Source of the DNA: Candidatus Geohabitans tengchongensis
GTDB lineage: Bacteria; Sysuimicrobiota; Sysuimicrobiia; Sysuimicrobiales; Humicultoraceae
NCBI GenBank assembly: GCA_031459625.1
Contig: JAVKIH010000002.1
Location: 42,958 to 106,957 of the forward strand
Length of the DNA stretch: 64,000 nt
Direction: 5' to 3'
The stretch's first letter is position 1, and the number at the start of each line of letters is the position of its first letter. This document shows, piece after piece, positions 19,335-29,283 of the stretch. Below the pieces are notes generated by a model. That model worked only from the letters and a program-made list of their open reading frames with translations, was not told the origin of the DNA and ran no database searches. The translations under genes and the position numbers were made by a program.

Positions 19335-19635
19335 GGAGGCGCTGGTGGAGGCCCTGCGCGCGCGCCTCCCGGCGCTGGCACAGGTCCTTCCGCTGAGGCG
19401 GGTGGTGCTCTTCGGCTCGTACGCCCGGGGCCGGCACACCGCCGCCTCGGACGTCGACCTGCTGGTGGTCTACGCCGACCCGCCCCGCGCTGAGGCGTAT
19501 GCCGTGGTGCGCCAGACGCTCGCCCTGCCTCGCCTGGAGCCGCACGTGTACAGCGAGGCGGAGTACCGGGCGGTGCAGGCGACCGTGGACCGGATGACGC
19601 GCGGCGGCGTCACCCTCCTGGGCAGCAACCTGTAA
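19282..19635 (+). CDS. Minimal nucleotidyltransferase (MNT)
   Basis: LFGSYARGRHTAASDVDLLVV (GSx10DxD intact); overlaps HEPN by 53 nt. Confidence 0.93.
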   Translation: MRKRSSSSVRVSYPRWTREALVEALRARLPALAQVLPLRRVVLFGSYARGRHTAASDVDLLVVYADPPRAEAYAVVRQTLALPRLEPHVYSEAEYRAVQATVDRMTRGGVTLLGSNL

Positions 19636-19666
19636 GCGGACCGCCGCTCCGCTCGGCCCCGGGGGT

Positions 19667-20710
19667 TCAGGTGGTCGGGCCCGCCGTCCCCGCCGGGACC
19701 ACCGCCGCGCGGCTGCGCTGGTGGCGGAAGGGCAGGATGGGGCAGGCCACCAGGTGGCCGCCGCCCACGTCCAGCAGCGGCGGGTCCTCGATGCGGCAGG
19801 ACTCCTGAGCGTACAGGCAGCGGGTGTGGAAGCGGCACCCCCTGGGCGGGTTGACCGGGCTCGGCACGTCCCCCGGCAGGATGATGCGCTCCCGCCGGAT
19901 GGCCGGGTCAGGGATGGGCACCGCCGAGAGGAGGGCCTCCGTGTAGGGGTGCTGCGGGTTGGTGAAGAGCTCGTCGGCGTCGGCGATCTCCACGATGCGC
20001 CCCAGGTACATGACGGCGATGCGGTCGCTGATGTGCTTGACCACGGAGAGGTCGTGGGCGATGAAGAGGTAGGTCAGCCCGAACTCCTTCTGCAGCTCCT
20101 CCAGCAGGTTCAGCACCTGGGCCTGGATGCTCACGTCCAGGGCGGAGACCGGCTCGTCGCAGATGATGAGCTTCGGGTTCACCGCCAGGGCCCGGGCGAT
20201 GCCGATGCGCTGCCGCTGCCCGCCGCTGAACTCGTGCGGGTAGCGGTTGGCGTGGTAGGGGGAGAGGCCCACCACCTCCAGCAGCTCCTGCACGCGCCGC
20301 ACCTTCTCCTTGCCGCGGGCCAGGTTGTGGATCTCCAGGGGCTCGCCGATGATGTCGCCCACCGTCATGCGCGGGTTGAGGGAGGAGTAGGGGTCCTGGA
20401 AGATGATCTGCATGTCGCGGCGCAGGCGGCGCATCTCCTCCTTGTTGAGCTTGAAGATGTTGCGCCCCTCGAAGTAGACCTCGCCGCTGGTGGGCTCCTG
20501 CAGGCGCAGGATGACGCGTCCCGTGGTGGTCTTGCCGCACCCCGACTCCCCCACCAGGCCCAGCGTCTCCCCGCGGCGGATGGTGAAGGAGACGCCGTCC
20601 ACGGCCTTCACCGCCCCCACCTGCTTCTGGAAGATGAAACCCTTGGTGATGGGGAAGTACTTGTAGAGGTTCCGGACGTCGAGGATGATGTCGTCGCTCA
20701 CCGTCGCCAT
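19667..20710 (-). CDS. oppF: Oligopeptide/dipeptide ABC ATP-binding protein (OppF/AppF-like)
   Basis: [28 protein letters not shown]-terminal GCRFHTRC domain. Confidence 0.93.
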   Translation of the reverse strand: MATVSDDIILDVRNLYKYFPITKGFIFQKQVGAVKAVDGVSFTIRRGETLGLVGESGCGKTTTGRVILRLQEPTSGEVYFEGRNIFKLNKEEMRRLRRDMQIIFQDPYSSLNPRMTVGDIIGEPLEIHNLARGKEKVRRVQELLEVVGLSPYHANRYPHEFSGGQRQRIGIARALAVNPKLIICDEPVSALDVSIQAQVLNLLEELQKEFGLTYLFIAHDLSVVKHISDRIAVMYLGRIVEIADADELFTNPQHPYTEALLSAVPIPDPAIRRERIILPGDVPSPVNPPRGCRFHTRCLYAQESCRIEDPPLLDVGGGHLVACPILPFRHQRSRAAVVPAGTAGPTT

Positions 20711-20714
20711 GTCG

Positions 20715-20758
20715 GTCCTCCCGTGCGTCGTCCTCCCGTGCGCCGTCCTGCCGGCGTC
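20715..20758. repeat. 15-nt tandem repeat (2 near-perfect copies + 1 degenerate) carrying the oppF SD
   Basis: GTCCTCCCGTGCGTC / GTCCTCCCGTGCGCC / GTCCTGCCGGCGTC. Confidence 0.8.
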
Positions 20759-20818
20759 AGCGCCCGCTCACCGCGCCGTCCCCCGGCCGCCCCGGCCCCG
20801 GCCGCGCCGCCGTGCGCC

Positions 20819-21871
20819 TCACTCCTGCACCACCGGGCGCGGCGTGGCCGCCGCCAGCCCCGCTTCCACCGCCGCCCGCCGGTCCTCCTCGGTGGCGTGC
20901 TCGCTGTAGAGGTAGCACCGCGCCGTGTGCTCCGGCCCCACCAGGTACTCCGGCGGATCCTCCTGCACGCAGATCTCCATGGCGAAGGGGCAACGCGGGG
21001 CGAACGGGCACCCCGGGGGCAGGTCGATCAGGCTGGGGGGCTGCCCCTCGATGGGGATGAGCCGCTCCTTGCGCTCGTGCAGCTTGGGGATGGAGTGGAG
21101 CAGGCCCCAGGTGTAGGGGTGCTTGGGATCCTGGAAGGTGCGCAGGACGTTGGCCTTCTCCACCGGCCGCCCCGCGTACATGACCACCACGTTGTCGCAC
21201 ATCTCTGCCACCACGCCCAGGTTGTGCGTGATGAGGATGATGGCCATGTGGAACTCCTGCTGCAGCTCCTGCATCAGCTCGAGGATCTGCGCCTGGATGG
21301 TCACGTCGAGGGCGGTGGTGGGCTCGTCGGCGATGAGGATGGAGGGGTTGCAGGAGAGGGCCATGGCGATCATGACCCGCTGGCGCATCCCGCCGCTGAA
21401 CTGGTGCGGGTAGTCCTTCACCCGTTCCCGGGCCAGCGGGATGCGCACCTTCTCCAGCATCTCCACGGCCCGGTCCCACGCGGCCTTGCGGGGCAGGCGC
21501 TGGTGGAGCATCACCGCCTCGGCGATCTGCTCGCCAATGGTGAGCACCGGGTTCAGCGAGGTCATGGGCTCCTGGAAGATCATGGCGATGCGGTTGCCGC
21601 GGATGCGGCGCATCTCCTCCTCGGAGAGGCTCAGCAGGTTGCGTCCCTCGAAGAGGATCTCGCCGGCCACGATCTTGCCGGGGGGCTGGGGGATGAGCCG
21701 CATGATGGACAGCGCGTGCACACTCTTCCCCGACCCGGACTCCCCCACGATGCCCAGGGTCTCCCCCCGGTGCAGGTCGTAGGAGAGGCCGTCCACGGCC
21801 TTCACCACGCCCTCGTCCGTGTAGAAGTAGGTCTTCAGGTTGCGTACCGACAGCAGGGGCTGCTCCGCCAC
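20819..21871 (-). CDS. oppD: Oligopeptide/dipeptide ABC ATP-binding protein (OppD/AppD-like)
   Basis: [40 protein letters not shown]. Confidence 0.93.
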   Translation of the reverse strand: MAEQPLLSVRNLKTYFYTDEGVVKAVDGLSYDLHRGETLGIVGESGSGKSVHALSIMRLIPQPPGKIVAGEILFEGRNLLSLSEEEMRRIRGNRIAMIFQEPMTSLNPVLTIGEQIAEAVMLHQRLPRKAAWDRAVEMLEKVRIPLARERVKDYPHQFSGGMRQRVMIAMALSCNPSILIADEPTTALDVTIQAQILELMQELQQEFHMAIILITHNLGVVAEMCDNVVVMYAGRPVEKANVLRTFQDPKHPYTWGLLHSIPKLHERKERLIPIEGQPPSLIDLPPGCPFAPRCPFAMEICVQEDPPEYLVGPEHTARCYLYSEHATEEDRRAAVEAGLAAATPRPVVQE

Positions 21872-21916
21872 GCTCTCACCTCATCCCCGGAGATACCTTA
21901 TTCTACCGTCCCGCCC

Positions 21917-23578
21917 CTAGAACTCCCACTGCCAGCTGTTCCAGGGGAGGTAGTAGGTCCCCAGCCCGGTGGGCCTGACGTTCCGCACGTCCCGGCGCAT
22001 CGTCGTCAGGCTCAGGCGGAAGTACAGCGGCAGCGAGGGGAGCTCCTCGGCGAAGAGCTCCTGGTGCCGCTTGAACAAGGCGTTCCGCCGGCCCTCGTCC
22101 AGCTCGTTAATGATCTGCTCCATCAGCCGGTCGTTCTCCAGATTCCGCCACCCGACCCGGTTGTTCCCCTCCCAGTTGTTCTGCTCGCTGGGGATCTGGC
22201 TGCTGTGGAACCGGTCGAAGGCCGTGGAGTCGGGGGTGAAGAGGCTGGCGTACATGGCCAGGTGGGGGAACTGCCGGCGCGGCACCACGCTGCCGAAGAA
22301 GACCGAAGCGGGCCGGTTGTCGATGCGCAGGTCGATGCCCACCTGGCGCAGCTGCTCCTTCATGATCTGCTGCACCTGCTCCCGGGGCGCGTTCCCCGCC
22401 GTCGTCATGATCGTCAGCTCCACCCGGCGGCCGGCCCGGTCCCGCAGGATGCCGTCGGGCCCGGGGGTGAAGCCCGCCTCGGCCAGCAGGGCCCGCGCCC
22501 GGGCCACGTCATACGGGTACTTCTTCACGTTGGGGTTGTAGGCCGGGTGCTTGGGGGCCAACCAGGAGTGGGCCACCGGCTGCTTGCCCTGGAAGAGGGC
22601 CCGCACGATGCCCTCGCGGTCGATGGCGTACGCCAGGGCCTGCCGCACGCGCTTGTCCCGCAGCCACTCGTGGTCCAGGTTGAAGTCGATGCGCTCCCAG
22701 ATGAGCGCCTCCGTGTAGTGGGTGGCCACGCGCGGGTTGCGGCGCTCGATCTCCACCATCTGCTCGATCCCGAAGTTGTTGATCTCCGTGGCGTCGACGG
22801 TGCCGGCGATCTGGTTGGCCGTCAGGACCGTGGAGTCGAGGATGAAGCGGAAGATCAGGCGGCGCACCCTGGGGGCGCCCAGCGGCCACCGCTCGTAGGC
22901 CTCCAGGGCGATGTGGCTGCCGGGGGCCCACTCGACGAAGCGGTACGGCCCGTTGGCCACCGGGGCGCGGAAGTACGGGTGGGCCTGCATCCGGGTGGGG
23001 TCGCGCAGGTAGTCGCGCTCCAGGACGTGCCGGGGGAGCGCGTACTGGATGCCGAAGGGGTCGGCGTTGGCGAAGGGCCACAGCTCGTTCCACTGGACCA
23101 CCAGGGTGTAGGGGTCGTTCGGGGTCGGGACCAGGACGTTGTCGACTTTGTTCACGATGAAGCGGCTGTACCGGTGGGGCACCCGGGGGTTCCGGAGGAA
23201 GCCGTAGGTGAAGCGCCAGTCCAGCGCGGTGACCGGCCGGCCGTCGTGCCAGGTGAAGCCGCGCTTGAGCCGCCAGGTCACGCGCATCTTCTTGGTGGGC
23301 AGGACCTGCCAGTCCCCGTCCTTGATGGTGGGGAGCTTCTCCGCCATGACGGGCATGCGCACCCACCGGTCCGTGTAGGGGGCGATAAAGCCCCACAGCG
23401 GGTTGTGGATGACCCCGGCCGCCGCCATGATGGAGAACGGCCCCAGGATGTCCGGCTCCTGCGCCATGCCGATGACGATGGTGTCGCGGGCCGGCGCCGC
23501 TTGGGTGGCGCCCGCCCACCCGCCGAGGAGCAGCGCCAGGACCGTGCCGCAGACCACCGCGCGTCGGATCGCTGCCAT
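21917..23578 (-). CDS. Peptide ABC transporter substrate-binding protein (family 5), copy 4
   Basis: Signal peptide, WHDGRPVTALD, NGPY, VRQALAYAIDRE, LPSLPLY. Confidence 0.92.
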   Translation of the reverse strand: MAAIRRAVVCGTVLALLLGGWAGATQAAPARDTIVIGMAQEPDILGPFSIMAAAGVIHNPLWGFIAPYTDRWVRMPVMAEKLPTIKDGDWQVLPTKKMRVTWRLKRGFTWHDGRPVTALDWRFTYGFLRNPRVPHRYSRFIVNKVDNVLVPTPNDPYTLVVQWNELWPFANADPFGIQYALPRHVLERDYLRDPTRMQAHPYFRAPVANGPYRFVEWAPGSHIALEAYERWPLGAPRVRRLIFRFILDSTVLTANQIAGTVDATEINNFGIEQMVEIERRNPRVATHYTEALIWERIDFNLDHEWLRDKRVRQALAYAIDREGIVRALFQGKQPVAHSWLAPKHPAYNPNVKKYPYDVARARALLAEAGFTPGPDGILRDRAGRRVELTIMTTAGNAPREQVQQIMKEQLRQVGIDLRIDNRPASVFFGSVVPRRQFPHLAMYASLFTPDSTAFDRFHSSQIPSEQNNWEGNNRVGWRNLENDRLMEQIINELDEGRRNALFKRHQELFAEELPSLPLYFRLSLTTMRRDVRNVRPTGLGTYYLPWNSWQWEF

Positions 23579-23595
23579 CGTCGCTCCCTCCCTCC

Positions 23596-24519
23596 TCACA
23601 CCCGGAGCCGCGGGTCCAGTGCGTCCCGCAGCCCGTCTCCCAGGAAGTTGAAGCTCAGCACCGTGATGAAGATGAACACCCCCGGGAAGACCGCCAGCCA
23701 GGCGGCGTTCCACAGGTACTCCTGGGCCCGCTGCAGCATGTTGCCCCACGACGGGGTCGGCGGCTGGATGCCCAGCCCCAGGTAGCTGAGCGCCGACTCC
23801 CCCAGGATGGCGCCGCCCACCGTCAAGGTGGCGGCAACGATGACGGGGGCCAGGGCGTTGGGGATGAGGTGGCGCAGGACGATGCGCGCCTCCGAAGCCC
23901 CCATGGCCCGGGCCGCCTCGACGAAGTCCTGGGCCTTCAGCGAGAGGATCTGGCCCCGCACCAGGCGGGCCACCCCCGTCCACCCGAAGGCGCTGAAGAT
24001 GAGGACGATGCGCAGCACCCCGCCGCCCGGGATCAGCGCGGCCAGGATGAGGTAGAGGGGGAGCGTCGGGATGGAGAGGAGGACGTCCACCAGCCGCATG
24101 AGCGCCGTGTCCACCACCCCGCCGTAGAAGCCGGCCGCCGCGCCGGCGAGCGAGCCCACCACGGCGATGGCGACGGCCGTGACGTAGCCCACGGTCAGGG
24201 AGATCCGTCCCGCGTACATGATCCGCGTCAGCACGTCGCGCCCCAGCTCGTCCGTGCCGAGGGGGTGCGCCCCCCCGGGCCGGTGCCAGCGGGCGTCCAG
24301 GCTGATCCGGTCCACCGGGTAGGGCGCCAGGACCGGGGCCAGCACGGCCATGAGGGTGAGCAGCAGGGCCACGACGCCGCCCACCAGCGCCAGGCGGTGG
24401 CGGAGGAAGCGGCGCACCGCCACCTGCCAGTAGGAGAGACCGAGGCCCACGCCCGCCGCGGCGCGGCGTCGCCGCTCCAGCTGCAGGGCCAGGTCGGGGG
24501 AGAGGACTTGTCGCGCCAC
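23596..24519 (-). CDS. Peptide ABC permease (OppC-like)
   Basis: HPLGTDELGRD, FVEAARAMGA, ESALSYLGLG, SWGNML, GDGLRDALDP. Confidence 0.93.
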   Translation of the reverse strand: MARQVLSPDLALQLERRRRAAAGVGLGLSYWQVAVRRFLRHRLALVGGVVALLLTLMAVLAPVLAPYPVDRISLDARWHRPGGAHPLGTDELGRDVLTRIMYAGRISLTVGYVTAVAIAVVGSLAGAAAGFYGGVVDTALMRLVDVLLSIPTLPLYLILAALIPGGGVLRIVLIFSAFGWTGVARLVRGQILSLKAQDFVEAARAMGASEARIVLRHLIPNALAPVIVAATLTVGGAILGESALSYLGLGIQPPTPSWGNMLQRAQEYLWNAAWLAVFPGVFIFITVLSFNFLGDGLRDALDPRLRV

Positions 24520-24529
24520 CGCCGCCGCC

Positions 24530-25525
24530 TCAGTCGTAGCGAATGCGCGGGTCGACGAGCGCGTAGGCCACGTCGGCCAGGAGGTTGGAGAGGATGGTCA
24601 TGAGGGCCAGGAAGAGCAGCACGGCCATGGCCACGTAGTGGTCGTGCCCCAGCACGGCCTGGTAGAGCAGCAACCCCGTCCCCGGCCAGCTGAAGACCGT
24701 CTCGGTGATGACCGCCCCGTCCAGGATGCCCGGGAGGCTGAGGGCGACCAGGGTGATGATGGGGATGAGGGCATTGCGCAGGGCGTGGCGGTTGATGACG
24801 ACCCGCTCCGGGTTCCCCTTGGCCCGGGCGGTGCGGATGTAGTCCTGCCGGATCACCTCGAGCACGCTGGAGCGGGTGTACCGGGCCCAGGAGGCCATGC
24901 CGGTGGTGGCCAGGACGAGGGTGGGCAGGACCAGGTGGCGCAGCCGGTCCAGCACCCCCTCCACCCCCCCGTGCACGCCGGGCGTCATCATCCCGCCGGC
25001 CGGCAGCTTCAGCCAGGCCAGGCCGGGGAGCTGCGCCCAGGGGGCCCAGACCGCAAAGAGGAGGATGAAGAGGATCCCCTGCCAGAAGACCGGCATGGCC
25101 AGCCCGACGAAGGAGAGCACGGTGACGACGTAGTCCGCCGGCGAGTACTGGTGCAGCGCCGAGTAGATCCCCACCGACACCCCGACGACGAAGGCGATGA
25201 GGAAGGCCGCGGTGAGCAGCATCAGCGTGTTCTTCAGCCGCTCCCCCATGATCGCGGTCACCGGCTGCCCGTAGGTGCGGGAGTAGCCGAGATCGCCGCG
25301 GAGGACGGTGCGCAGCCACTTCAGGTAGCGGATGTGCAGCGGGTCGTCCAGCCCGTAGTAGCGGCGCAGGTGGGCGATGTCTTCCGGCCGGATGTCCGGG
25401 TTGCTGGCGGCCAGGAGCTCCACCGGGTCCCCCGGCGTGAAGACGAGCAGGGTGAAGAGGAGCAGGGAGAGACCGAAGAGGATCACCACCGTCTGGACGG
25501 CCCGGCGCATCAGGTATCGCTGCAT
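24530..25525 (-). CDS. Peptide ABC permease (OppB-like)
   Basis: PGDP, GDLGYS, DYIRTARAKG, ETVFSWPG, DPRIRY. Confidence 0.93.
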   Translation of the reverse strand: MQRYLMRRAVQTVVILFGLSLLLFTLLVFTPGDPVELLAASNPDIRPEDIAHLRRYYGLDDPLHIRYLKWLRTVLRGDLGYSRTYGQPVTAIMGERLKNTLMLLTAAFLIAFVVGVSVGIYSALHQYSPADYVVTVLSFVGLAMPVFWQGILFILLFAVWAPWAQLPGLAWLKLPAGGMMTPGVHGGVEGVLDRLRHLVLPTLVLATTGMASWARYTRSSVLEVIRQDYIRTARAKGNPERVVINRHALRNALIPIITLVALSLPGILDGAVITETVFSWPGTGLLLYQAVLGHDHYVAMAVLLFLALMTILSNLLADVAYALVDPRIRYD

Positions 25526-25552
25526 CCCGTCTCCTCGGCCCCGGGGGCGGAC

Positions 25553-25590
25553 GTGGACCCGGGGGTCGGCGGGCCGGCCCCCGGGTCCAC
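25553..25590 (-). terminator. GC-rich stem-loop between binding-protein and permease genes
   Basis: GTGGACCCGGGGGTCGG / CCGGCCCCCGGGTCCAC, 17-bp stem with one imperfect pair, no U-tract. Confidence 0.7.
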
Positions 25591-25597
25591 CTTCAGC

Positions 25598-27262
25598 CTA
25601 CTGGGCCCACTCCCACTGCTCCGAGTTCCAGTTGATGTAAGTGCCCGCCAGCCCCGCCGGCTTGACGTTCCGCAGCGCCCGGGCGGAGGTGGTCAGGCTG
25701 AGCCGGAAGTACAGCGGGATGGAGGGGAGGTCCTCCACCCAGAGCTCCTGCTGCCGGCGGAAGAGGCGGATGCGCCGCTGCGTGTCGATCTCCTCCATGA
25801 TCTGGTCGATGAGCCGGTCGTTCTCGGCATTCCGCCACCCCGGGATGTTCTGCCCCTCCCAGTTGTTCTCCGGGCGGGGGATCTGGGTGCTGTGCCACAG
25901 CGCCGCGGGCAGGGTGGTGGGGGACATGACCCAGGCGTACATGACCAGGTGGGGGAACTGCCGGCGCGCCGTGACCTGGCCGAAGAGCACCGAGGCCGGA
26001 CGGTTGTCGATGCGCAGGTCCACCCCCACTTGGCGGAGCTGCTCCCGCATCACCTGCTGCACCTGCTCCCGGAGCGCGTTGCCGGCCGTGGTCATGATGG
26101 TCAGCTCGAACCGGCGCCCCTGGGCGTCGCGCAGGATCCCGTCGGGGCCGGGGGTGAAGCCGGCCTCCCGCAGGAGCGCGCGCGCCCGCTCGAGGTTGTA
26201 GTCGTACTTCTTCACGTTGGGGTTGAAGGCCTCGTGGCGCTCGGGGAGCCAGGTGTGGGCCACCGGCTGCCGGCCGCCGGGGCAGGCCAGCTCGGCGAGC
26301 TGCTGCCGGTTGAGCGCGTGGATGAGGGCGTGCCGGACCCGCCGGTCCCGCAGCCACTCGTGGTCCAGGTTGAAGTCGACGTGCTCCCAGATCAGCGCCG
26401 GGGTGTAGTGGCCCTGGACCGCCGGGTTGCGCCGTTCGATCTCGGCCACCTGGGTGCAGTCGAAGTTGTTGATCTCGGTGACGTCCACCTGCCCGGCGAT
26501 GGCGTTGGCCTGCAGCACGGTGGCGTCCAGGATGAAGCGGAAGACGATGCGCCGGATCTTCGCCCGTCCTTCCTTGAAGCCGTCGTAGGCCTCCAGGGTG
26601 ATGTGGCTGCCCCGCGCCCACTCCACGAACCGGTACGGGCCGTTCCCCACCGGTTCGAAGTTCTGCCGGTGGCGGCTCAGCCCGGTGGGGTTCTGCTGGT
26701 ACTCCCGCTCCAGGACGTGCTTCGGGTAGGTGGTGTGTCCGAGGTTGGCGAAGGGATAGCGCTCGTTCCACTGGACCACGAGCGTGTAGGGGTTGTTGGG
26801 GTTGGGGACCAGCATGTGGTCGATCTTCCGCAGCACGAAGCGGCTGGCCGTGGGCGTGCGCGGGTTGCGCAGCATCAGATAGGTCCAGGAGGTGTCCAGG
26901 GCGCTGACCGGACGCCCGTCGTGCCAGGTGTACCCGCGCTTGAACCGGTAGGTCACCCGCATCTTCTTCTCGGGCAGCAGCTCCCAGTCGCCGTCGCGCA
27001 GCGACGGGATCTTCTCCACCAGGCGCGCGTTGAGCTTCCACTCGTGGTTGAACTCGACCATGGAGACGAAGAGCGAGTTGTTCACCGCGGCGCCGATGGC
27101 CAGCGTGCAGCCGGCGAAGACCGTCATGAGGCAGGCCGGCTCCTGGGCTGCGCCGATCACCACCGTGTCCCGTCGGGCCTGACCCGCGTCGGCGGCGACG
27201 GGTACCAGGGCGACTGCCAGCGCCACCAGGACCAGGCACCGTCCGATCCAGCCCATACGCAT
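25598..27262 (-). CDS. Peptide ABC transporter substrate-binding protein, copy 3
   Basis: Signal peptide, WHDGRPVSALD, GNGPY, VRHALIHALNR; clearly paralogous to 21917-23578. Confidence 0.92.
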   Translation of the reverse strand: MRMGWIGRCLVLVALAVALVPVAADAGQARRDTVVIGAAQEPACLMTVFAGCTLAIGAAVNNSLFVSMVEFNHEWKLNARLVEKIPSLRDGDWELLPEKKMRVTYRFKRGYTWHDGRPVSALDTSWTYLMLRNPRTPTASRFVLRKIDHMLVPNPNNPYTLVVQWNERYPFANLGHTTYPKHVLEREYQQNPTGLSRHRQNFEPVGNGPYRFVEWARGSHITLEAYDGFKEGRAKIRRIVFRFILDATVLQANAIAGQVDVTEINNFDCTQVAEIERRNPAVQGHYTPALIWEHVDFNLDHEWLRDRRVRHALIHALNRQQLAELACPGGRQPVAHTWLPERHEAFNPNVKKYDYNLERARALLREAGFTPGPDGILRDAQGRRFELTIMTTAGNALREQVQQVMREQLRQVGVDLRIDNRPASVLFGQVTARRQFPHLVMYAWVMSPTTLPAALWHSTQIPRPENNWEGQNIPGWRNAENDRLIDQIMEEIDTQRRIRLFRRQQELWVEDLPSIPLYFRLSLTTSARALRNVKPAGLAGTYINWNSEQWEWAQ

Positions 27263-27318
27263 GTTCTCCTCCCTCCCCCCGACGGGAGCCGGTCAGCGGT
27301 CCGCCCGTCCCGGGCGGA

Positions 27319-28209
27319 TCACACCTTGAGCCGCGGGTCGAGGGCGTCCCGCAGGCCGTCTCCCAGGAAGTTGAAGCACAGCACTGTCAGGAAGATCATC
27401 GCCCCGGGCCAGATGGCCAGCCAGGGCGTCGTCCAGACGTAGTCCTGGGCGTTCTGGAGCATGTTCCCCCAGGACGGCGTGGGCGGCTGGATGCCCACGC
27501 CCAGGAAGGAGAGCCCGGCTTCGGAGAGGATGGCCCCGCCCACGGTGAGGGTCGCCGCGACGATCACCGGCGCCAGGGCGTTGGGGATGAGGTGGCGCAG
27601 CAGGATGCGGGCGTCGCTGGCCCCGATGGCCCGGGCCGCCTCGGTGAAGTCCTGGGCGCGCAGCTTCAGCATCTCCCCGCGGACCAGGCGCGCCGTGCCC
27701 ATCCAGGCGAAGGCGCTGAGGACGATGATGATGCCGGTCACCGAGCCGCCCATGTAACGGGCCAGGATGATCAGGATGGGCAGGTCGGGCAGGGAGAACA
27801 TGATGTCGGTGAAGCGCATGAGGACGTTGTCCAGGACGCCCCCGTAGTACCCGGAGATCCCGCCGACGACCATCCCGAAGAGCGCGGCGGCCAGGGCCGC
27901 GCTGAAGCCCACGCTGAGTGAGATCCGGCCGGCGTAGAGCAGGCGGGTGAGGACGTCGTGGCCGAGGTCGTCGGTGCCGAGGGGGTGCGCCCAGGTCGGA
28001 GGCGAGCGCCGGTTGTAGAGGTCGATGGCGTCGAACTCGTAGGGGGTGAGGACAGGGGCCAGGATGGAGACGGCGATGAAGAGGAGGATCACCGCTCCCC
28101 CGATCATGGCCACCCGGTGCTTCTTGAACCGCCGCCAGGCGATCTGCCAGTAGCCCTGGCCGGGAGGAGCTTCGACGACGGCAGTCGGGCGCTCGACGAT
28201 GACAGCCAT
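27319..28209 (-). CDS. Peptide ABC permease (OppC-like)
   Basis: HPLGTDDLGHD, FTEAARAIGA, EAGLSFLG, GDGLRDALDP; ATG after GAGGAG. Confidence 0.93.
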   Translation of the reverse strand: MAVIVERPTAVVEAPPGQGYWQIAWRRFKKHRVAMIGGAVILLFIAVSILAPVLTPYEFDAIDLYNRRSPPTWAHPLGTDDLGHDVLTRLLYAGRISLSVGFSAALAAALFGMVVGGISGYYGGVLDNVLMRFTDIMFSLPDLPILIILARYMGGSVTGIIIVLSAFAWMGTARLVRGEMLKLRAQDFTEAARAIGASDARILLRHLIPNALAPVIVAATLTVGGAILSEAGLSFLGVGIQPPTPSWGNMLQNAQDYVWTTPWLAIWPGAMIFLTVLCFNFLGDGLRDALDPRLKV

Positions 28210-28223
28210 GGGGCGCTCCTCGC

Positions 28224-29219
28224 TCAGTCGTACCGGATCCGCGGGTCGAGCACCGCGTAGGCGATGTCCGCCAGCAGGTTGAAGATGATGACCAGGGCCG
28301 CCAGGAAGATGATGATCCCCTGGGCGACAGCGAAGTCCGCCGCCAGCACCGCCTCCACCAGCAACCGGCCCACGCCGGGCCAGCCGAAGACCGTCTCCGT
28401 CAGCGGCGCCCCGGCGAAGAGCGCCGGGATGGAGAGGGCCACGATGGTCACGATGGGGATCATGGCGTTCTTCAGGGCGTGCTTCGTCACCACCACCTGC
28501 TCGGCCAGTCCCTTGGCCCGGGCCGTCCGCACGTAGTCCTGGCGGATCACCTCCAGCATGCTCGACCGGGTGTACCGGGTGTAGGAGGCCATGAAGAGGA
28601 GCGACAGCACCAGGGTGGGCAGGAGCATGTAGCGCAGCCGGTCCAGGTAGAGCGCCAGGCCCCGGGTGATGCCCGGAGTGCTGAACCCTCCCGCCGGGAG
28701 CCGCAGCCAGTCGAGCCCCGGCAGGGCCGTCCAGGGGTGCCACACGGCGAAGAGGTAGATCATCATGATGCCGAACCAGAACGCCGGGATGGACACCCCG
28801 AAGAAGGTCAGGAAGGTGGCGATGTAGTCCGCCGTGGAGTACTGGTGGAGCGCGGAGTAGATCCCTACCGGGACCGCGACCGCCAGCGAGAGGAAGAACG
28901 CCGGGATCTGCAGCCAGAGGCTGTTGCCCACCCGGTCCCACATCAGCGCCAGCACGGGGACCTTGTAGACCTGGGAGTAGCCCAGGTCGCCGTGCAGCGC
29001 CGCCCATAGCCACTTGAAGTACCGGATGTACAGCGGCTGGTCGAGGCCGTAGAGCCGCTTCAGGCGGGCCACGTCCTCGGGCTTGATGTTGGGGTTCCCG
29101 AAGACCAGCAGGTCCACCGGGTCGCCAGGCGCCGCCGCCAGCAGCAGGAAGATGATCACCGACAGCCCCACCACCAGAGGGATCATCTGGAGCAGACGGC
29201 GGATGAGGTAGCGGCTCAT
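28224..29219 (-). CDS. Peptide ABC permease (OppB-like)
   Basis: PGDP, GDLGYS, DYVRTARAKG, ETVFGWPG. Confidence 0.93.
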   Translation of the reverse strand: MSRYLIRRLLQMIPLVVGLSVIIFLLLAAAPGDPVDLLVFGNPNIKPEDVARLKRLYGLDQPLYIRYFKWLWAALHGDLGYSQVYKVPVLALMWDRVGNSLWLQIPAFFLSLAVAVPVGIYSALHQYSTADYIATFLTFFGVSIPAFWFGIMMIYLFAVWHPWTALPGLDWLRLPAGGFSTPGITRGLALYLDRLRYMLLPTLVLSLLFMASYTRYTRSSMLEVIRQDYVRTARAKGLAEQVVVTKHALKNAMIPIVTIVALSIPALFAGAPLTETVFGWPGVGRLLVEAVLAADFAVAQGIIIFLAALVIIFNLLADIAYAVLDPRIRYD

Positions 29220-29238
29220 CGGTCAGCAGGACCCGGCG

Positions 29239-29267
29239 GGCGGGGCGGGGAGGTCCCCCGCCCCGCC
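29239..29267 (-). terminator. GC-rich stem-loop between binding-protein and permease genes
   Basis: GGCGGGGCGGGG-aggtc-CCCCGCCCCGCC, perfect 12-bp stem. Confidence 0.65.
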
Positions 29268-29283
29268 GCCAGGGACGTCCGTG

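Noticed and set aside
19721..23785. Very long ORFs in the track (e.g. 1354 aa here, 1219 aa at 9830-13489, 1024 aa at 2807-5881, 934 aa at 24638-27442)
   Set aside because: Antisense or off-frame shadows of well-supported genes, expected in very high-GC DNA; no recognisable motifs
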